Assembly: GCF_004339575.1 (NCBI RefSeq)
Contig: NZ_SMFV01000001.1
Location: 175,119 to 239,118, forward strand
Source: Phorcysia thermohydrogeniphila
GTDB lineage: Bacteria; Aquificota; Aquificia; Desulfurobacteriales; Desulfurobacteriaceae
Reading direction: 5' to 3'
Length of the DNA stretch: 64,000 nt
Shown here: positions 38,054 through 47,219 of the stretch, in pieces
Layout of the letters: the number at the start of each line of letters is the position of its first letter
Position numbering within the stretch: position 1 is the first letter of the stretch
The notes under the pieces: model-generated
Databases searched by the model: none
What the model was told of the DNA's origin: nothing
What the model saw: the letters and a program-made list of their open reading frames with translations, nothing else
Position numbers and translations under genes: made by a program

Positions 38054-39124
38054 TTAAGTTTCTGTCCTTGCTAAAAGGACAAGCCCTACGGAAAGGAAGA
38101 GGAATAAGGGAGCAAAGGCTGAATAGAATGGAGGCAGAACTCCACTCTTACCAAGGCTTAGGAAGAAGGAAATCGTTATCCACATTGAAACTATTAAGAG
38201 GACTGCTATGACGAGGGTGTAACCCTTTCTGTTACGGGGGTTAAAAACTCCTAAAGGGATGCCTATAACTGCCACAACTACAGGCAAAAAGGAGAGGGAG
38301 AGTTTTGAGTACATTTCAACAAGGAAAGGAGTGACGTCGTAGCCTATCTTCCCGAGCTGTTTGACAAAGAGGAAGAGTTCCACGACCCCCATCGTCTCCG
38401 GCTCTATTTTGGAAAATACAAGGTCATTCCTGTCTATCCCAAGGTTTACCTCCATTTTCTTCCTAAATTTAAGGGACAGCTTTTCAAGATTCCTAAGGTA
38501 ACACTTTTTTAGCTCCCAAGTAGAACCTTCTACATTCTCTCCAGACTCTGCATCAATTCTCTCTACCGGTACAAAGTTTGGAGTTACCTTAAAGATGGAA
38601 ATTCTTTCAGCCCTTCCAGACTCTGGGAAAAAGCGTTCCATATAGACAAAGCGGTTATCGGCTGTCCTAAACCACAAAGAACCGGCCGAAACGAAAAGTT
38701 CTTTCTTTTTCTTGCCAAGGGCTTTAAACTTAATCTCGTTTGCTACTTTAACGGTAGGAGGAACGATAAATTCCTGTAAAAACAAGGAGGTAAAGGAGGC
38801 GGCAAGTCCTAAACAGATTATCGGTAGTGAGAACCTATAAACGCTTATACCTAAGGCCTTGACGGCCGTTAGCTCGCTTGTTGACGAAAAAGAGGACATA
38901 GTTACCATAGTGGCAATCAGAACGGCTATCGGTATTACACGAACGGCGTAAAGTGGTAACCTTGATAAAACGTAGGTGAACCCTTCCTTTAACCCTGCCT
39001 TCATGAAAGTATCAACGTTGCTTACGAAATCTATCACGACAAAAAGGACAAGAAATGTAGAGAGAGCAAGGATAAAGAACTTAAAGGACTCCTTAAAAAC
39101 GTACCTGTCTAAAGTCTTTACCAT
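38054..39124 (-). CDS. lptG: LPS export permease, LptF/LptG (YjgP/YjgQ) family
   Basis: 356-aa YjgP/YjgQ topology (3 TM, periplasmic jelly-roll, 3 TM). Second of a tandem pair. F versus G assignment is by order only. Confidence 0.7.
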   Translation of the reverse strand: MVKTLDRYVFKESFKFFILALSTFLVLFVVIDFVSNVDTFMKAGLKEGFTYVLSRLPLYAVRVIPIAVLIATMVTMSSFSSTSELTAVKALGISVYRFSLPIICLGLAASFTSLFLQEFIVPPTVKVANEIKFKALGKKKKELFVSAGSLWFRTADNRFVYMERFFPESGRAERISIFKVTPNFVPVERIDAESGENVEGSTWELKKCYLRNLEKLSLKFRKKMEVNLGIDRNDLVFSKIEPETMGVVELFLFVKQLGKIGYDVTPFLVEMYSKLSLSFLPVVVAVIGIPLGVFNPRNRKGYTLVIAVLLIVSMWITISFFLSLGKSGVLPPFYSAFAPLFLFLSVGLVLLARTET

Positions 39125-40197
39125 CTTCCACCAATGTCAAAGCGAAGAGTTTCCTTGATAGCCTGCCTATAGAGGTAAGCTGTCAATAAAAGGAATACAG
39201 CATCGGGCAGTAACGGCAGGAAAACCATACCGCTTTTTAAGGCTATCTTTTTTGAGAAGGTATAGAGAATGTAGTAACTAACAATTATTCCAAGGCTTAT
39301 AACTACACCCGTGCCTAGAGAGCCTCTCGGTATCAGAACGGCTATGGAGAAGGCGAGAATTCCGACTATAGCCGGAGCAAAAGCCAAACCTACCCTTTTG
39401 ATAAGCTCAACTTTAGACTCTTTTCCATCCATAGAGAGGAGCTGAAAAAAGTCTTTGTATTTAACAGCCTTAAACTGTTCTCTCTCCGAAAATTTGTAAA
39501 GTTTAACCGTATAGTTCTTAAAGTTTAGGAGTTTAAACTCAGAAGGTCTTTGCCAGTTTAGAACTTGGGCACTTCCATCCTCTATATCAAGGAACACGGT
39601 GTCTCCTTCCGTTCTCAGAACTCCTTTTTTTGCAAATATTGTCACAAGCTCCTTGTTCCTGCCTATAGTTACCATGAAGTTCTCAAGGTAGCCTTTCTTA
39701 GGGTATATCTTTTCGGCGTAAAAGGTTACTCCGGGGAAATTGGAGCTAAAGCTCTTTGGGGTTATGCTCATCGTTATCTTCTTTTTAAGGAGTTCCTCTA
39801 TCTCCTTCTTCATAGCAACGTTGCTCTTTGGCATAAGGAACATCAGTGAAAAAAAGGAAAGGAGCGAAAAGAGGAGTCCAAGGGCAAAAACGGGCTTTGA
39901 GAGCTCCTTTAAGCTTACTCCACAGGATCTCAGGGCTATGAGCTCGTTGTTGCTACCCATCTGTATGAATACGATTAAAACGGAAAGGACAAAGGACATG
40001 GGAATAGTGATTCCGAGAAAGGCAGGAACGGCCTTTAGGAGGACTGAGAAAAAGTCAAGAGCTGAAACTCCTTGCCCTAAAACGGTTTCTGCAATACTTG
40101 AAGCTCTATCCATTAAGATTACGAAAATGAAAAGTCCAAGGGTTAAGAAGAAGACTCTGAGTATCTCAAGAGAAACATATCTGTGAACTATCTTCAT
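39118..40197 (-). CDS. lptF: LPS export permease, LptF/LptG (YjgP/YjgQ) family
   Basis: 359-aa paralogue upstream of the other copy, overlapping it by 7 nt. Confidence 0.7.
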   Translation of the reverse strand: MKIVHRYVSLEILRVFFLTLGLFIFVILMDRASSIAETVLGQGVSALDFFSVLLKAVPAFLGITIPMSFVLSVLIVFIQMGSNNELIALRSCGVSLKELSKPVFALGLLFSLLSFFSLMFLMPKSNVAMKKEIEELLKKKITMSITPKSFSSNFPGVTFYAEKIYPKKGYLENFMVTIGRNKELVTIFAKKGVLRTEGDTVFLDIEDGSAQVLNWQRPSEFKLLNFKNYTVKLYKFSEREQFKAVKYKDFFQLLSMDGKESKVELIKRVGLAFAPAIVGILAFSIAVLIPRGSLGTGVVISLGIIVSYYILYTFSKKIALKSGMVFLPLLPDAVFLLLTAYLYRQAIKETLRFDIGGRW

Positions 40198-40203
40198 ATC
40201 AGA

Positions 40204-41088
40204 CTATTTCATCTTCTTAACGTATTTGTACCAGTCAACAACAATAGCGCTCGCTATAAAGATAGAAGAGTAGGTACCGACTATGATTCCAACAAGGAGA
40301 ACAAAGGCAAAGTCGTTTATCACTCCACCACCGAAGAGGTAAAGGCACAGAACAACGAAAAAGGTGGTTAAGGAGGTAATCAAGGTTCTTGAAAGTGTTT
40401 GATTTATACTGTCGTTAACGAGTTCTTCAAAGGGCTTGCTCCGCAGCAAAACCTTCATGTTTTCCCTAATCCTGTCGTAAACGACGATTGTGTCGTTGAT
40501 TGAGTAACCGATAACTGTAAGGAGCGCCGCAATTACGGGAAGGCTGAATTCCCTACCAACAGACATGAATATACCAATGGTTGCAAGTGTATCGTGAACA
40601 AGAGCTAAGATAGCTCCAAAGGCAAAAATCGGTTCAAAACGCCAAGCGACGTAAAGAAGAATGCCAATGAGGGCATAAATTAAGGCCATAGTTCCCTTCT
40701 CTCGGAGCTCCTTACCGACTGTAGGACCTATCATCTCAACCCTTCTTATCTCTGCCTTACTCCCGAAGGCCTCCTTTACAGTATGGGTTACCTTCTCAGT
40801 AACCTTGTTGGGGTCGCCAATAACAGGAGCTTTTATCAAGAACTCGTTCTCACTCTCAATGTTTTGAACTGTAACGCCGTCCACTTTACCCTTAAAGAGC
40901 TCCCTAAGCCTTCCCGTCGTTATTCCCTCTTCCTCTACCTTAACCTGAACGAGAACACCACCGGTAAAGTCTATACCGAACTGAGGACCTTTCACGAAGA
41001 CACCGTAAACCCAAGAACCTACTATCAGGAGCAGGGAAATCGCGTAGGCTAAGTACCTCTTTCCTATGAAGTTAAACTTCCTCTTCAT
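40204..41088 (-). CDS. secF: Protein-export membrane protein SecF
   Basis: SecF blocks (GIDFTGG...; C-terminal 6-TM SecD/F domain). Confidence 0.9.
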   Translation of the reverse strand: MKRKFNFIGKRYLAYAISLLLIVGSWVYGVFVKGPQFGIDFTGGVLVQVKVEEEGITTGRLRELFKGKVDGVTVQNIESENEFLIKAPVIGDPNKVTEKVTHTVKEAFGSKAEIRRVEMIGPTVGKELREKGTMALIYALIGILLYVAWRFEPIFAFGAILALVHDTLATIGIFMSVGREFSLPVIAALLTVIGYSINDTIVVYDRIRENMKVLLRSKPFEELVNDSINQTLSRTLITSLTTFFVVLCLYLFGGGVINDFAFVLLVGIIVGTYSSIFIASAIVVDWYKYVKKMK

Positions 41089-41105
41089 TAGCAGCTCCTT
41101 AAAGC

Positions 41106-42776
41106 TTAGATGCTGAAGATGTTTCTCTTGTACTTCACTATCACATCAAGGAGAACTTTCGTAACAAAGACGGCAGTAAACATACTTGAGAGAATACCGA
41201 GTGAAAGGGTAACGGCAAAACCTTTAATAGGACCTGTTCCAAACTGGAAGAGAACGGCAGCCGCTATGAGAGTTGTGACGTTTGCGTCAATAATCGTTCC
41301 CCAAGCTCTGGAAAAACCTGCCTCAACCGCAGAAAAGAGGTTCCTTCCTTTCCTAAGCTCTTCCCTTATCCTCTCAAAGATTATAACGTTGGCGTCAACG
41401 GCCATACCAATCGTGAGGATAAAACCGGCAATACCCGGAAGGGTTAACGTAGCACCAAGCAAAGCTAGGGAGGCCCACAAGATACAGACGTTCATAAGGA
41501 GAGCTAAGTCTGCGATAACGCCGGAAAGCTTGTAGTAGACAATCATGAAGAGCATAACGAGGATAAGACCTGCTATTCCGGCCTTTACTCCCTTCTCTAT
41601 GGACTCCTTTCCAAGGGAAGGACCTACTGTTGTTTCCTCTATGATTTTAACCGGAGCAGGCAGAGCTCCAGCTCTAAGGACAATTGAGAGATCCCTCGCC
41701 TCCTGATAGGAGAACTGTCCCGTAATCTGTCCCCTCGCTCCTATAGCAGAGCGAATCGTAGGAGCAGACTGAACTTTACCGTCAAGGACTATGGCAAGGC
41801 GTGTCCCCACGTGCTTTGACGTGTAGGCTTTAAATATCCTTGCCCCTTCAGAGTTAAGCTCAAAGCTAACGGCAGGCATGCCGTACTCATCGGTGCTCGG
41901 GTAGGCGTCTTTGAGGTAAGCTCCCGTGAGTATCGGCTCTTTCTTAACTATGAAGAAGGTATATCCAACCACCTTTCCTTCTTTGTTTTTAATCTCCTGA
42001 ATGAGAAGCTGCTGGTCTTCAGGAACTTCTCCGCCAAACTTTCTGACAAGCTCCTCTAAATTTTTCACTTCTATCTTTTCTTCTTTATCGCCCTTTATAA
42101 GGAAAAACTTTGGCCCAAAGGGTGAGGGCTTCACCGCCACGGTTGCCATAGAAGGAATAGTCCCTTTTAGTTTCGTAATTAGCTCGTCGGGCGTCCTTGC
42201 AACGTCAACAACTTCTTTAAACTCAAGCTTTGCAACTTTTCCTATTACCTTTTTAGCTCTCTCGGGGTCCTTTATTCCGGGGAGTTCAACTATGATTCTG
42301 TCCTTCCCGTTCCTTACAATTACCGGCTCGGCGACTCCAAGCTCGTCAACCCTGTTCCTTATCGTCTCAAGGGCTTGCTCTGCGAGCCTGTCAACCTCCT
42401 TCGTTACGTAGGAAGGCTTTATCTTAAGGAGTATTCTGTTTTCGGAAGTGGAAATCTCAAACATCTCACCGTAATCGTCCTTTATCATCTCTACAGCCTG
42501 AGGGACGTTCTCCGAGTCAAGGAGGAGGAGCTCTATATTCTTTCCATCCCTTTTGGCGCTTAAAAGGGGAATGTTCTCCTCCTCAAGTTTGTTCTTTATC
42601 TCTGCAAGGGCTGCTGAAACCTCGTCCTGAAGAGCTTTTTCAATATCTACCTGAAGGACAAGGTGCGTTCCCCCCTGAAGGTCAAGACCGAGAGTAACCG
42701 GCTTTGTAAGGACAACGTAAATGGAAGATATGAGAGCAATCAGGACAACCGCTATACGGAGCTTTAGGCTTTTCAT
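41106..42776 (-). CDS. secD: Protein-export membrane protein SecD
   Basis: N-terminal TM, large periplasmic domain, and conserved C-terminal SecD/F TM bundle (LGLDLQGG..., ...ALLMNVCILWASLALLGATLTLPGIAGFILTIGMAVDANVIIFERIRE). Confidence 0.9.
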   Translation of the reverse strand: MKSLKLRIAVVLIALISSIYVVLTKPVTLGLDLQGGTHLVLQVDIEKALQDEVSAALAEIKNKLEEENIPLLSAKRDGKNIELLLLDSENVPQAVEMIKDDYGEMFEISTSENRILLKIKPSYVTKEVDRLAEQALETIRNRVDELGVAEPVIVRNGKDRIIVELPGIKDPERAKKVIGKVAKLEFKEVVDVARTPDELITKLKGTIPSMATVAVKPSPFGPKFFLIKGDKEEKIEVKNLEELVRKFGGEVPEDQQLLIQEIKNKEGKVVGYTFFIVKKEPILTGAYLKDAYPSTDEYGMPAVSFELNSEGARIFKAYTSKHVGTRLAIVLDGKVQSAPTIRSAIGARGQITGQFSYQEARDLSIVLRAGALPAPVKIIEETTVGPSLGKESIEKGVKAGIAGLILVMLFMIVYYKLSGVIADLALLMNVCILWASLALLGATLTLPGIAGFILTIGMAVDANVIIFERIREELRKGRNLFSAVEAGFSRAWGTIIDANVTTLIAAAVLFQFGTGPIKGFAVTLSLGILSSMFTAVFVTKVLLDVIVKYKRNIFSI

Positions 42777-42789
42777 TACATCCTCTCCC

Positions 42790-43461
42790 TTAGAGGTCTG
42801 TGCCGTTAATCCTTAGCCTGAACCTGAAACCAAGCCTTTCAGTCGCCTTCCTGCACATTTCCATACGGGGCTGAAAGATACTAAAGTAGTCAAGAAGGTC
42901 TGAAATTTCAGTATCTATCCTTAGAACAAGGCGTATTATACGATTTTCTTTCTCAACCTCTAAACCGCTGTAGAGGACAGCGTAGTTTACCCTATCGTGG
43001 ATGTCCTCCCTGATGGTTTTCCTGCTTCTAACCCTGTTCCTGTGAACGTGGGCCTTATCGGCTATAACGACTGCAGCTGCAACTTCCGTTGCCGGGAATC
43101 CGGTTTTTTCCTCGTGGTTCCCTATGGCAAAGGTTATCTCTGTCAAGTCGTCGTCAAGGAAACCTTTTCCTTTAAGGAGGTCGTAGGCGATGAGAGCTCC
43201 ACTCTGGGCATGGCCGTGACGGGATACAACGTGGCCGATATCGTGGAGAAGGCCGGCTATACCTGCAAGCTCTGCCTTCCTCTTGTCCCCTATCGTCTCA
43301 AGTATCAGGAAACGGGCTTTTTTAGCCACCCAAGCAACGTGCTTAATGCCGTGGTCGGTGTATCCCATGTGTTTAAGGAAGTAGTCTGCTCTGCTTATAT
43401 AGTAGAGAATTTGGGGGTCCTTAAGGAGCTCCCTGTAAGTTGGAAACTCTATTTCCTTCAT
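42790..43461 (-). CDS. HD-domain metal-dependent phosphohydrolase
   Basis: H..H...HDIGH motif (HGIKHV...LLHDIGHVVSRHGH). The 5' end overlaps birA by 41 nt, so the true start may be the internal Met. Confidence 0.65.
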   Translation of the reverse strand: MKEIEFPTYRELLKDPQILYYISRADYFLKHMGYTDHGIKHVAWVAKKARFLILETIGDKRKAELAGIAGLLHDIGHVVSRHGHAQSGALIAYDLLKGKGFLDDDLTEITFAIGNHEEKTGFPATEVAAAVVIADKAHVHRNRVRSRKTIREDIHDRVNYAVLYSGLEVEKENRIIRLVLRIDTEISDLLDYFSIFQPRMEMCRKATERLGFRFRLRINGTDL

Positions 43462-44152
43462 CGTTAAACCTCACGCTTACTTCTGCCGAAAAGAGCCTCT
43501 TAAGCTCTCCATCCTTCTCAAGCAAAAGATAACCTTCCCTGTCAATACCGAGAGCTTTCCCAGTATAGCAAAATCCGTTTTCAAGAACAGTTACTTCCTT
43601 CCCAATCATCGGGCAGAAAGACTCAAACTCTTTAACGTCAAAAGTTCCCTCCCTTAATTTTTCATAGTAGAGGATAAGGTTCTGGGATACCTTGAGAGCA
43701 AGCTCCCCTATATCGCAACGAATTCCTTCTACAAGGAGGGAAGTAGCAGGGTGGGAAAGTCCTTGGAGCTCTTGCAGAGTATAGGAAACGTTAACGCCAA
43801 CGCCTACGATAAGCCTATCGGAAAGGTTCTCCGGCAAAATGCCGGCAACTTTTTTACCGTTAACGTAAACATCGTTTGGCCACTTTAGGTAGAAGTCATC
43901 CTTAAACTCTTGGAGAGCTCTCAGAACAGCTACTCCAAAGGCAAGACCTGCAAGGGAGCTCTTCTTTGGGTGGAGAGGCTCAAAGAGCCCAGAAAGGTAG
44001 AGTCCTTTGTCGGGAAGGGAAAGCCAGCTCTTCCCCCTCCTCCCCTTACCTCCAGTCTGTCTCCTTGCGACTACAAAGAGGTTGCTTCTGAAAGGTATCC
44101 TCTTAAGGTACTCGTTTGTAGAGTCAACCTCCTCTAAGAAGACGAGCTCCAT
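43421..44152 (-). CDS. birA: Biotin--[acetyl-CoA-carboxylase] ligase, catalytic domain only (no HTH)
   Basis: ARRQTGGKGRRGKSW biotin-binding loop and BPL/LPL catalytic-domain blocks. Confidence 0.85.
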   Translation of the reverse strand: MELVFLEEVDSTNEYLKRIPFRSNLFVVARRQTGGKGRRGKSWLSLPDKGLYLSGLFEPLHPKKSSLAGLAFGVAVLRALQEFKDDFYLKWPNDVYVNGKKVAGILPENLSDRLIVGVGVNVSYTLQELQGLSHPATSLLVEGIRCDIGELALKVSQNLILYYEKLREGTFDVKEFESFCPMIGKEVTVLENGFCYTGKALGIDREGYLLLEKDGELKRLFSAEVSVRFNDEGNRVSNLQGAP

Positions 44153-45732
44153 TAAAAGTCCCCGTAGACAATCACGTCACCTGTCATCTCAGGGGGTATC
44201 TCCTCTCCAAGGATGTGGAGGATTGTAGGAGCTATATCTCCGAGGATTCCAACAACGGGAATGCCGTCAAACTCTTCTGGGAGCTCCACGTCGTTCTTAG
44301 TTCTCCTCTTTACCCCGTAAGCTCCACACATTCCCTTTATAACAACGAAGGGAACGTAGTTTGTCGTGTGGGCTGTCCAAGGGTTACCCGTTTCAGGGTC
44401 TATCATCTGCTCAGAGTTTCCGTGGTCTGCCGTAACTATGCAGATACCACCTTTCTCCAAGGTCGCCTTAACAACCCTCTTCAAACACTTATCAACGGCC
44501 TCTATGGCCTTTATCGCCGCCTGTAAGTTTCCAGTATGGCCAACCATATCTGGGTTTGCGTAGTTTAGAACTATGAGCTTGTACTCCCCGCTGTTTATCC
44601 TCTCAACGACTTTGTCCGTTACCTCGTAAGCGCTCATTTCAGGCTTTAAGTCGTAAGTGGCAACCTTTGGAGAAGGAACGAGAATCCTATCCTCTCCGGG
44701 GAAAGGTTCTTCCCTTCCACCGTTAAAGAAGTAGGTTACGTGAGCGTACTTCTCCGTCTCTGCAATCCTTAGCTGTTTATAGCCAAGCTTGGAGATTACT
44801 TCACCGAGAACGTTCTTAAGGTCCTGTGGTGGAAAGGCCACGTCAAAGGGGAAAGTCTCATCATAAAGAGTCATGGTTGCAAGGTATGTCGGTTTAACTC
44901 TATCCCTTTCAAAGCCGTTAAAGTCGTCAAGACCAAAGGCAGAGACAATCTGCCTCATCCTGTCAGCACGGAAGTTAAAGAAGAAGAGGACGTCTCCATC
45001 TTCAACCAAGCAGTCAGGAGAAATAACGTAAGGCTTGACGAACTCGTCGGTTTCTCCCTTCTCGTAAGCTTCTTGGAGAGCTCTCAGCGGATCGTTACAC
45101 TTTTCGCCTTCGCCCAAGACCATAGTCCTGTAAGCTTTTTCCGTCCTGTCCCAGCGCTTATCCCTGTCCATGTAGTAGTAACGGCCACCAAGGGTCGCTA
45201 TTTTTCCAACTCCGAGCTCCCTCATCTTTTCAATGAGAGCTCTTAAATACTTCTCGGCGCTCTTTGGTGGTGTATCCCTTCCGTCAAGGATGGCGTGAAC
45301 GCAAACCCTATTCAGGCCTACCTTTTTTGCCATCTCAAGGAGTGCAAAGAGGTGCTCTATGTGGCTGTGAACTCCACCGTCTGAGAGGAGTCCTACAAGG
45401 TGGAGCTTCTTACCTTTCTCTTTGGCTACATCAAAAGCCTTCCTGATAACCGGGTTATCAAAGAACTCACCGTTCTTTATGGATTTACTTATCCTCACAA
45501 TATCCTGCCAGACTATCCTTCCAGAACCGATGTTCATATGGCCGACTTCTGAGTTACCCATCTGGCCTTCTGGAAGTCCAACGGCCTCCCCGGAGGCTTT
45601 GAGGAGAGCTCTCGGATAGGTACTCCAGATGTAGTCCCAGAAAGGAGTATTGGCCAAGGCAATTGCGTTTCCTTCCCTCTTAGGGCTGTAACCGAAACCG
45701 TCAAGAACTATCAGCGTAACGAACTCAGCCAT
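44152..45732 (-). CDS. gpmI: 2,3-bisphosphoglycerate-independent phosphoglycerate mutase
   Basis: Full-length iPGM with conserved metal-binding and transferase blocks (LIVLDGFGYS, VGHMNIG, ADHGN). Confidence 0.95.
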   Translation of the reverse strand: MAEFVTLIVLDGFGYSPKREGNAIALANTPFWDYIWSTYPRALLKASGEAVGLPEGQMGNSEVGHMNIGSGRIVWQDIVRISKSIKNGEFFDNPVIRKAFDVAKEKGKKLHLVGLLSDGGVHSHIEHLFALLEMAKKVGLNRVCVHAILDGRDTPPKSAEKYLRALIEKMRELGVGKIATLGGRYYYMDRDKRWDRTEKAYRTMVLGEGEKCNDPLRALQEAYEKGETDEFVKPYVISPDCLVEDGDVLFFFNFRADRMRQIVSAFGLDDFNGFERDRVKPTYLATMTLYDETFPFDVAFPPQDLKNVLGEVISKLGYKQLRIAETEKYAHVTYFFNGGREEPFPGEDRILVPSPKVATYDLKPEMSAYEVTDKVVERINSGEYKLIVLNYANPDMVGHTGNLQAAIKAIEAVDKCLKRVVKATLEKGGICIVTADHGNSEQMIDPETGNPWTAHTTNYVPFVVIKGMCGAYGVKRRTKNDVELPEEFDGIPVVGILGDIAPTILHILGEEIPPEMTGDVIVYGDF

Positions 45733-45767
45733 TTCCGTCTCCCGCTCTCCGTAATTGAAAATTGTTC

Positions 45768-46520
45768 TCAGTAAGGATAGTCCCCGTAGTAGACTTTTTC
45801 AAGGTAAAGGCCGTCCGGCGGAGCTAAGAAGGGTGCAAAAGTGCGATCCCTCTTTTCCCTGATAAACTCTACGTCCTCAGGCCTTAACCTTCCCTTCCCA
45901 ACTTCAACCAAGACAGCAGTCATAACCCTTACCATGTGGCGAAGGAAAGATTTGCCAAAGAAAACAAACTCAACAACGTCTCCCTTCTTTAGGATTTCTA
46001 TAGCGTTAACCGTCCTTACAGGGTTAACCTGCTTCCTCTTGTCTGCCTTTGAGAAGGATGTAAAGTCGTAAGTTCCTATGAGGTACTTTTTCGCCTCCTC
46101 CATAGCGTCAAAGTCAAGCTCGTAGGGGAGAAACCACGCCCTTTTATACTCAAAGGGGCTCGGCACTTTCCTGTTAAATACCCTGTAACGGTAGCGCTTT
46201 CCTTGAGCACTCCTCCTTGCGTCAAAGTCTAAAGGAACTTCTTCAACGTTAACAATTTTTATATCTGGGGGAAGTAAACCGTTCAGGGCAAGCTGTATTT
46301 TGTAAAGGGGAATGTCCTTTTCTGTCTTAAAGTTTGCCACCTGTCCGAGGGCGTGAACGCCTGCATCCGTCCTGCTCGCCCCTGTAAGCTTAACCGGATG
46401 GTTGAGGATTTTCTCAACGACTTCCGTTATCTTACCTGCAACTGTCGGCTTTCCCGGCAAGATTTGCCAGCCGTAGTAGTTCGTCCCCAAGTACTCTATG
46501 GTGAGCTTAACGTTCCTCAT
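45768..46520 (-). CDS. truA: tRNA pseudouridine(38-40) synthase
   Basis: TruA blocks (LTIEYLGTNYYGWQ, GASRTDAGVHALGQV catalytic Asp). Confidence 0.9.
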   Translation of the reverse strand: MRNVKLTIEYLGTNYYGWQILPGKPTVAGKITEVVEKILNHPVKLTGASRTDAGVHALGQVANFKTEKDIPLYKIQLALNGLLPPDIKIVNVEEVPLDFDARRSAQGKRYRYRVFNRKVPSPFEYKRAWFLPYELDFDAMEEAKKYLIGTYDFTSFSKADKRKQVNPVRTVNAIEILKKGDVVEFVFFGKSFLRHMVRVMTAVLVEVGKGRLRPEDVEFIREKRDRTFAPFLAPPDGLYLEKVYYGDYPY

Positions 46521-46529
46521 AACTCATTG

Positions 46530-47219
46530 TTAGGCTTCAATCGTTGAAATTATGCGTTTTAACCTCTCACATCCTCCAACAAAACTCCTATTTTTACAAC
46601 ACTCCGCTTCTTTAATAGAAACCTTTATTTTTGAAGATGTAATATCAAGAAGCTTCTCATAGGCTAACACTATCTTCGCTCTCAAACGGAACTCGTGTTT
46701 TCCCCTTTCCTTGCTTAATAAAAGTACTGGAAAAGGTTCTAAGGTCATAAATAACTTTTTCGCAAATTCTTCATACTTCTCCTTAGGCGGGTATAGCAGA
46801 ACAAAGCAAATAACTTCCTTTGCTTCTTTCCAGAGTGTTTTATATTCCTTGCAAAATTCTACAAACTTCTTCACTACCTTTTTACAATAATCTTCTGCAA
46901 TTTTCTCCAATCTCTCTTCATTAATTTCTCCGTTCTTAAACAAGTCTCGGTAAGGTTTCCCATCTTTTTTGGTTGGAACAAAACGTTTATACTCTAAAGC
47001 CAAAATAACGATAGGTTCTTCCTGTGGAAACTCTACTACAACATCTATTTTAGGAGTAGAAGCTCTACCAATAACAGAATCTTGATGTTTTGACCAAGCC
47101 TCGTAGTGGAAAACGTCCATATCCAACAAAGTTTCATACTCTTTTTCTCTACAAGGGAATTCCTTTCTTTCATCAAGTTCCTTTAACTTTTTCCTGAATA
47201 CCGCTAAATCACCCTCCAT
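46530..47219 (-). CDS. Small partner protein of the OLD-type ATPase: uncharacterised, PD-(D/E)xK-like (or Toprim-like) putative nuclease
   Basis: 229 aa; its start lies 16 nt inside the ATPase gene. Candidate PD-(D/E)xK core PKIDVVVEF...(13 aa)...LALEYK, or alternatively a Toprim-like pattern E2 ... D33-M-D35. Lies inside the AT-rich segment. Confidence 0.45.
   Translation of the reverse strand: MEGDLAVFRKKLKELDERKEFPCREKEYETLLDMDVFHYEAWSKHQDSVIGRASTPKIDVVVEFPQEEPIVILALEYKRFVPTKKDGKPYRDLFKNGEINEERLEKIAEDYCKKVVKKFVEFCKEYKTLWKEAKEVICFVLLYPPKEKYEEFAKKLFMTLEPFPVLLLSKERGKHEFRLRAKIVLAYEKLLDITSSKIKVSIKEAECCKNRSFVGGCERLKRIISTIEA

Noticed and set aside
41110-42563. Plus-strand ORFs inside secD
   Set aside because: Antisense to a highly conserved SecD sequence, with low-complexity Ser/Thr-rich translations.
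46530-47219. Naming the small ATPase partner as a definite Toprim/AbiLii (RloB) homologue
   Set aside because: The N-terminus begins directly at M-E-G, so the beta-strand that normally precedes the Toprim glutamate is missing. PD-(D/E)xK is at least as plausible. Both are kept as alternatives.
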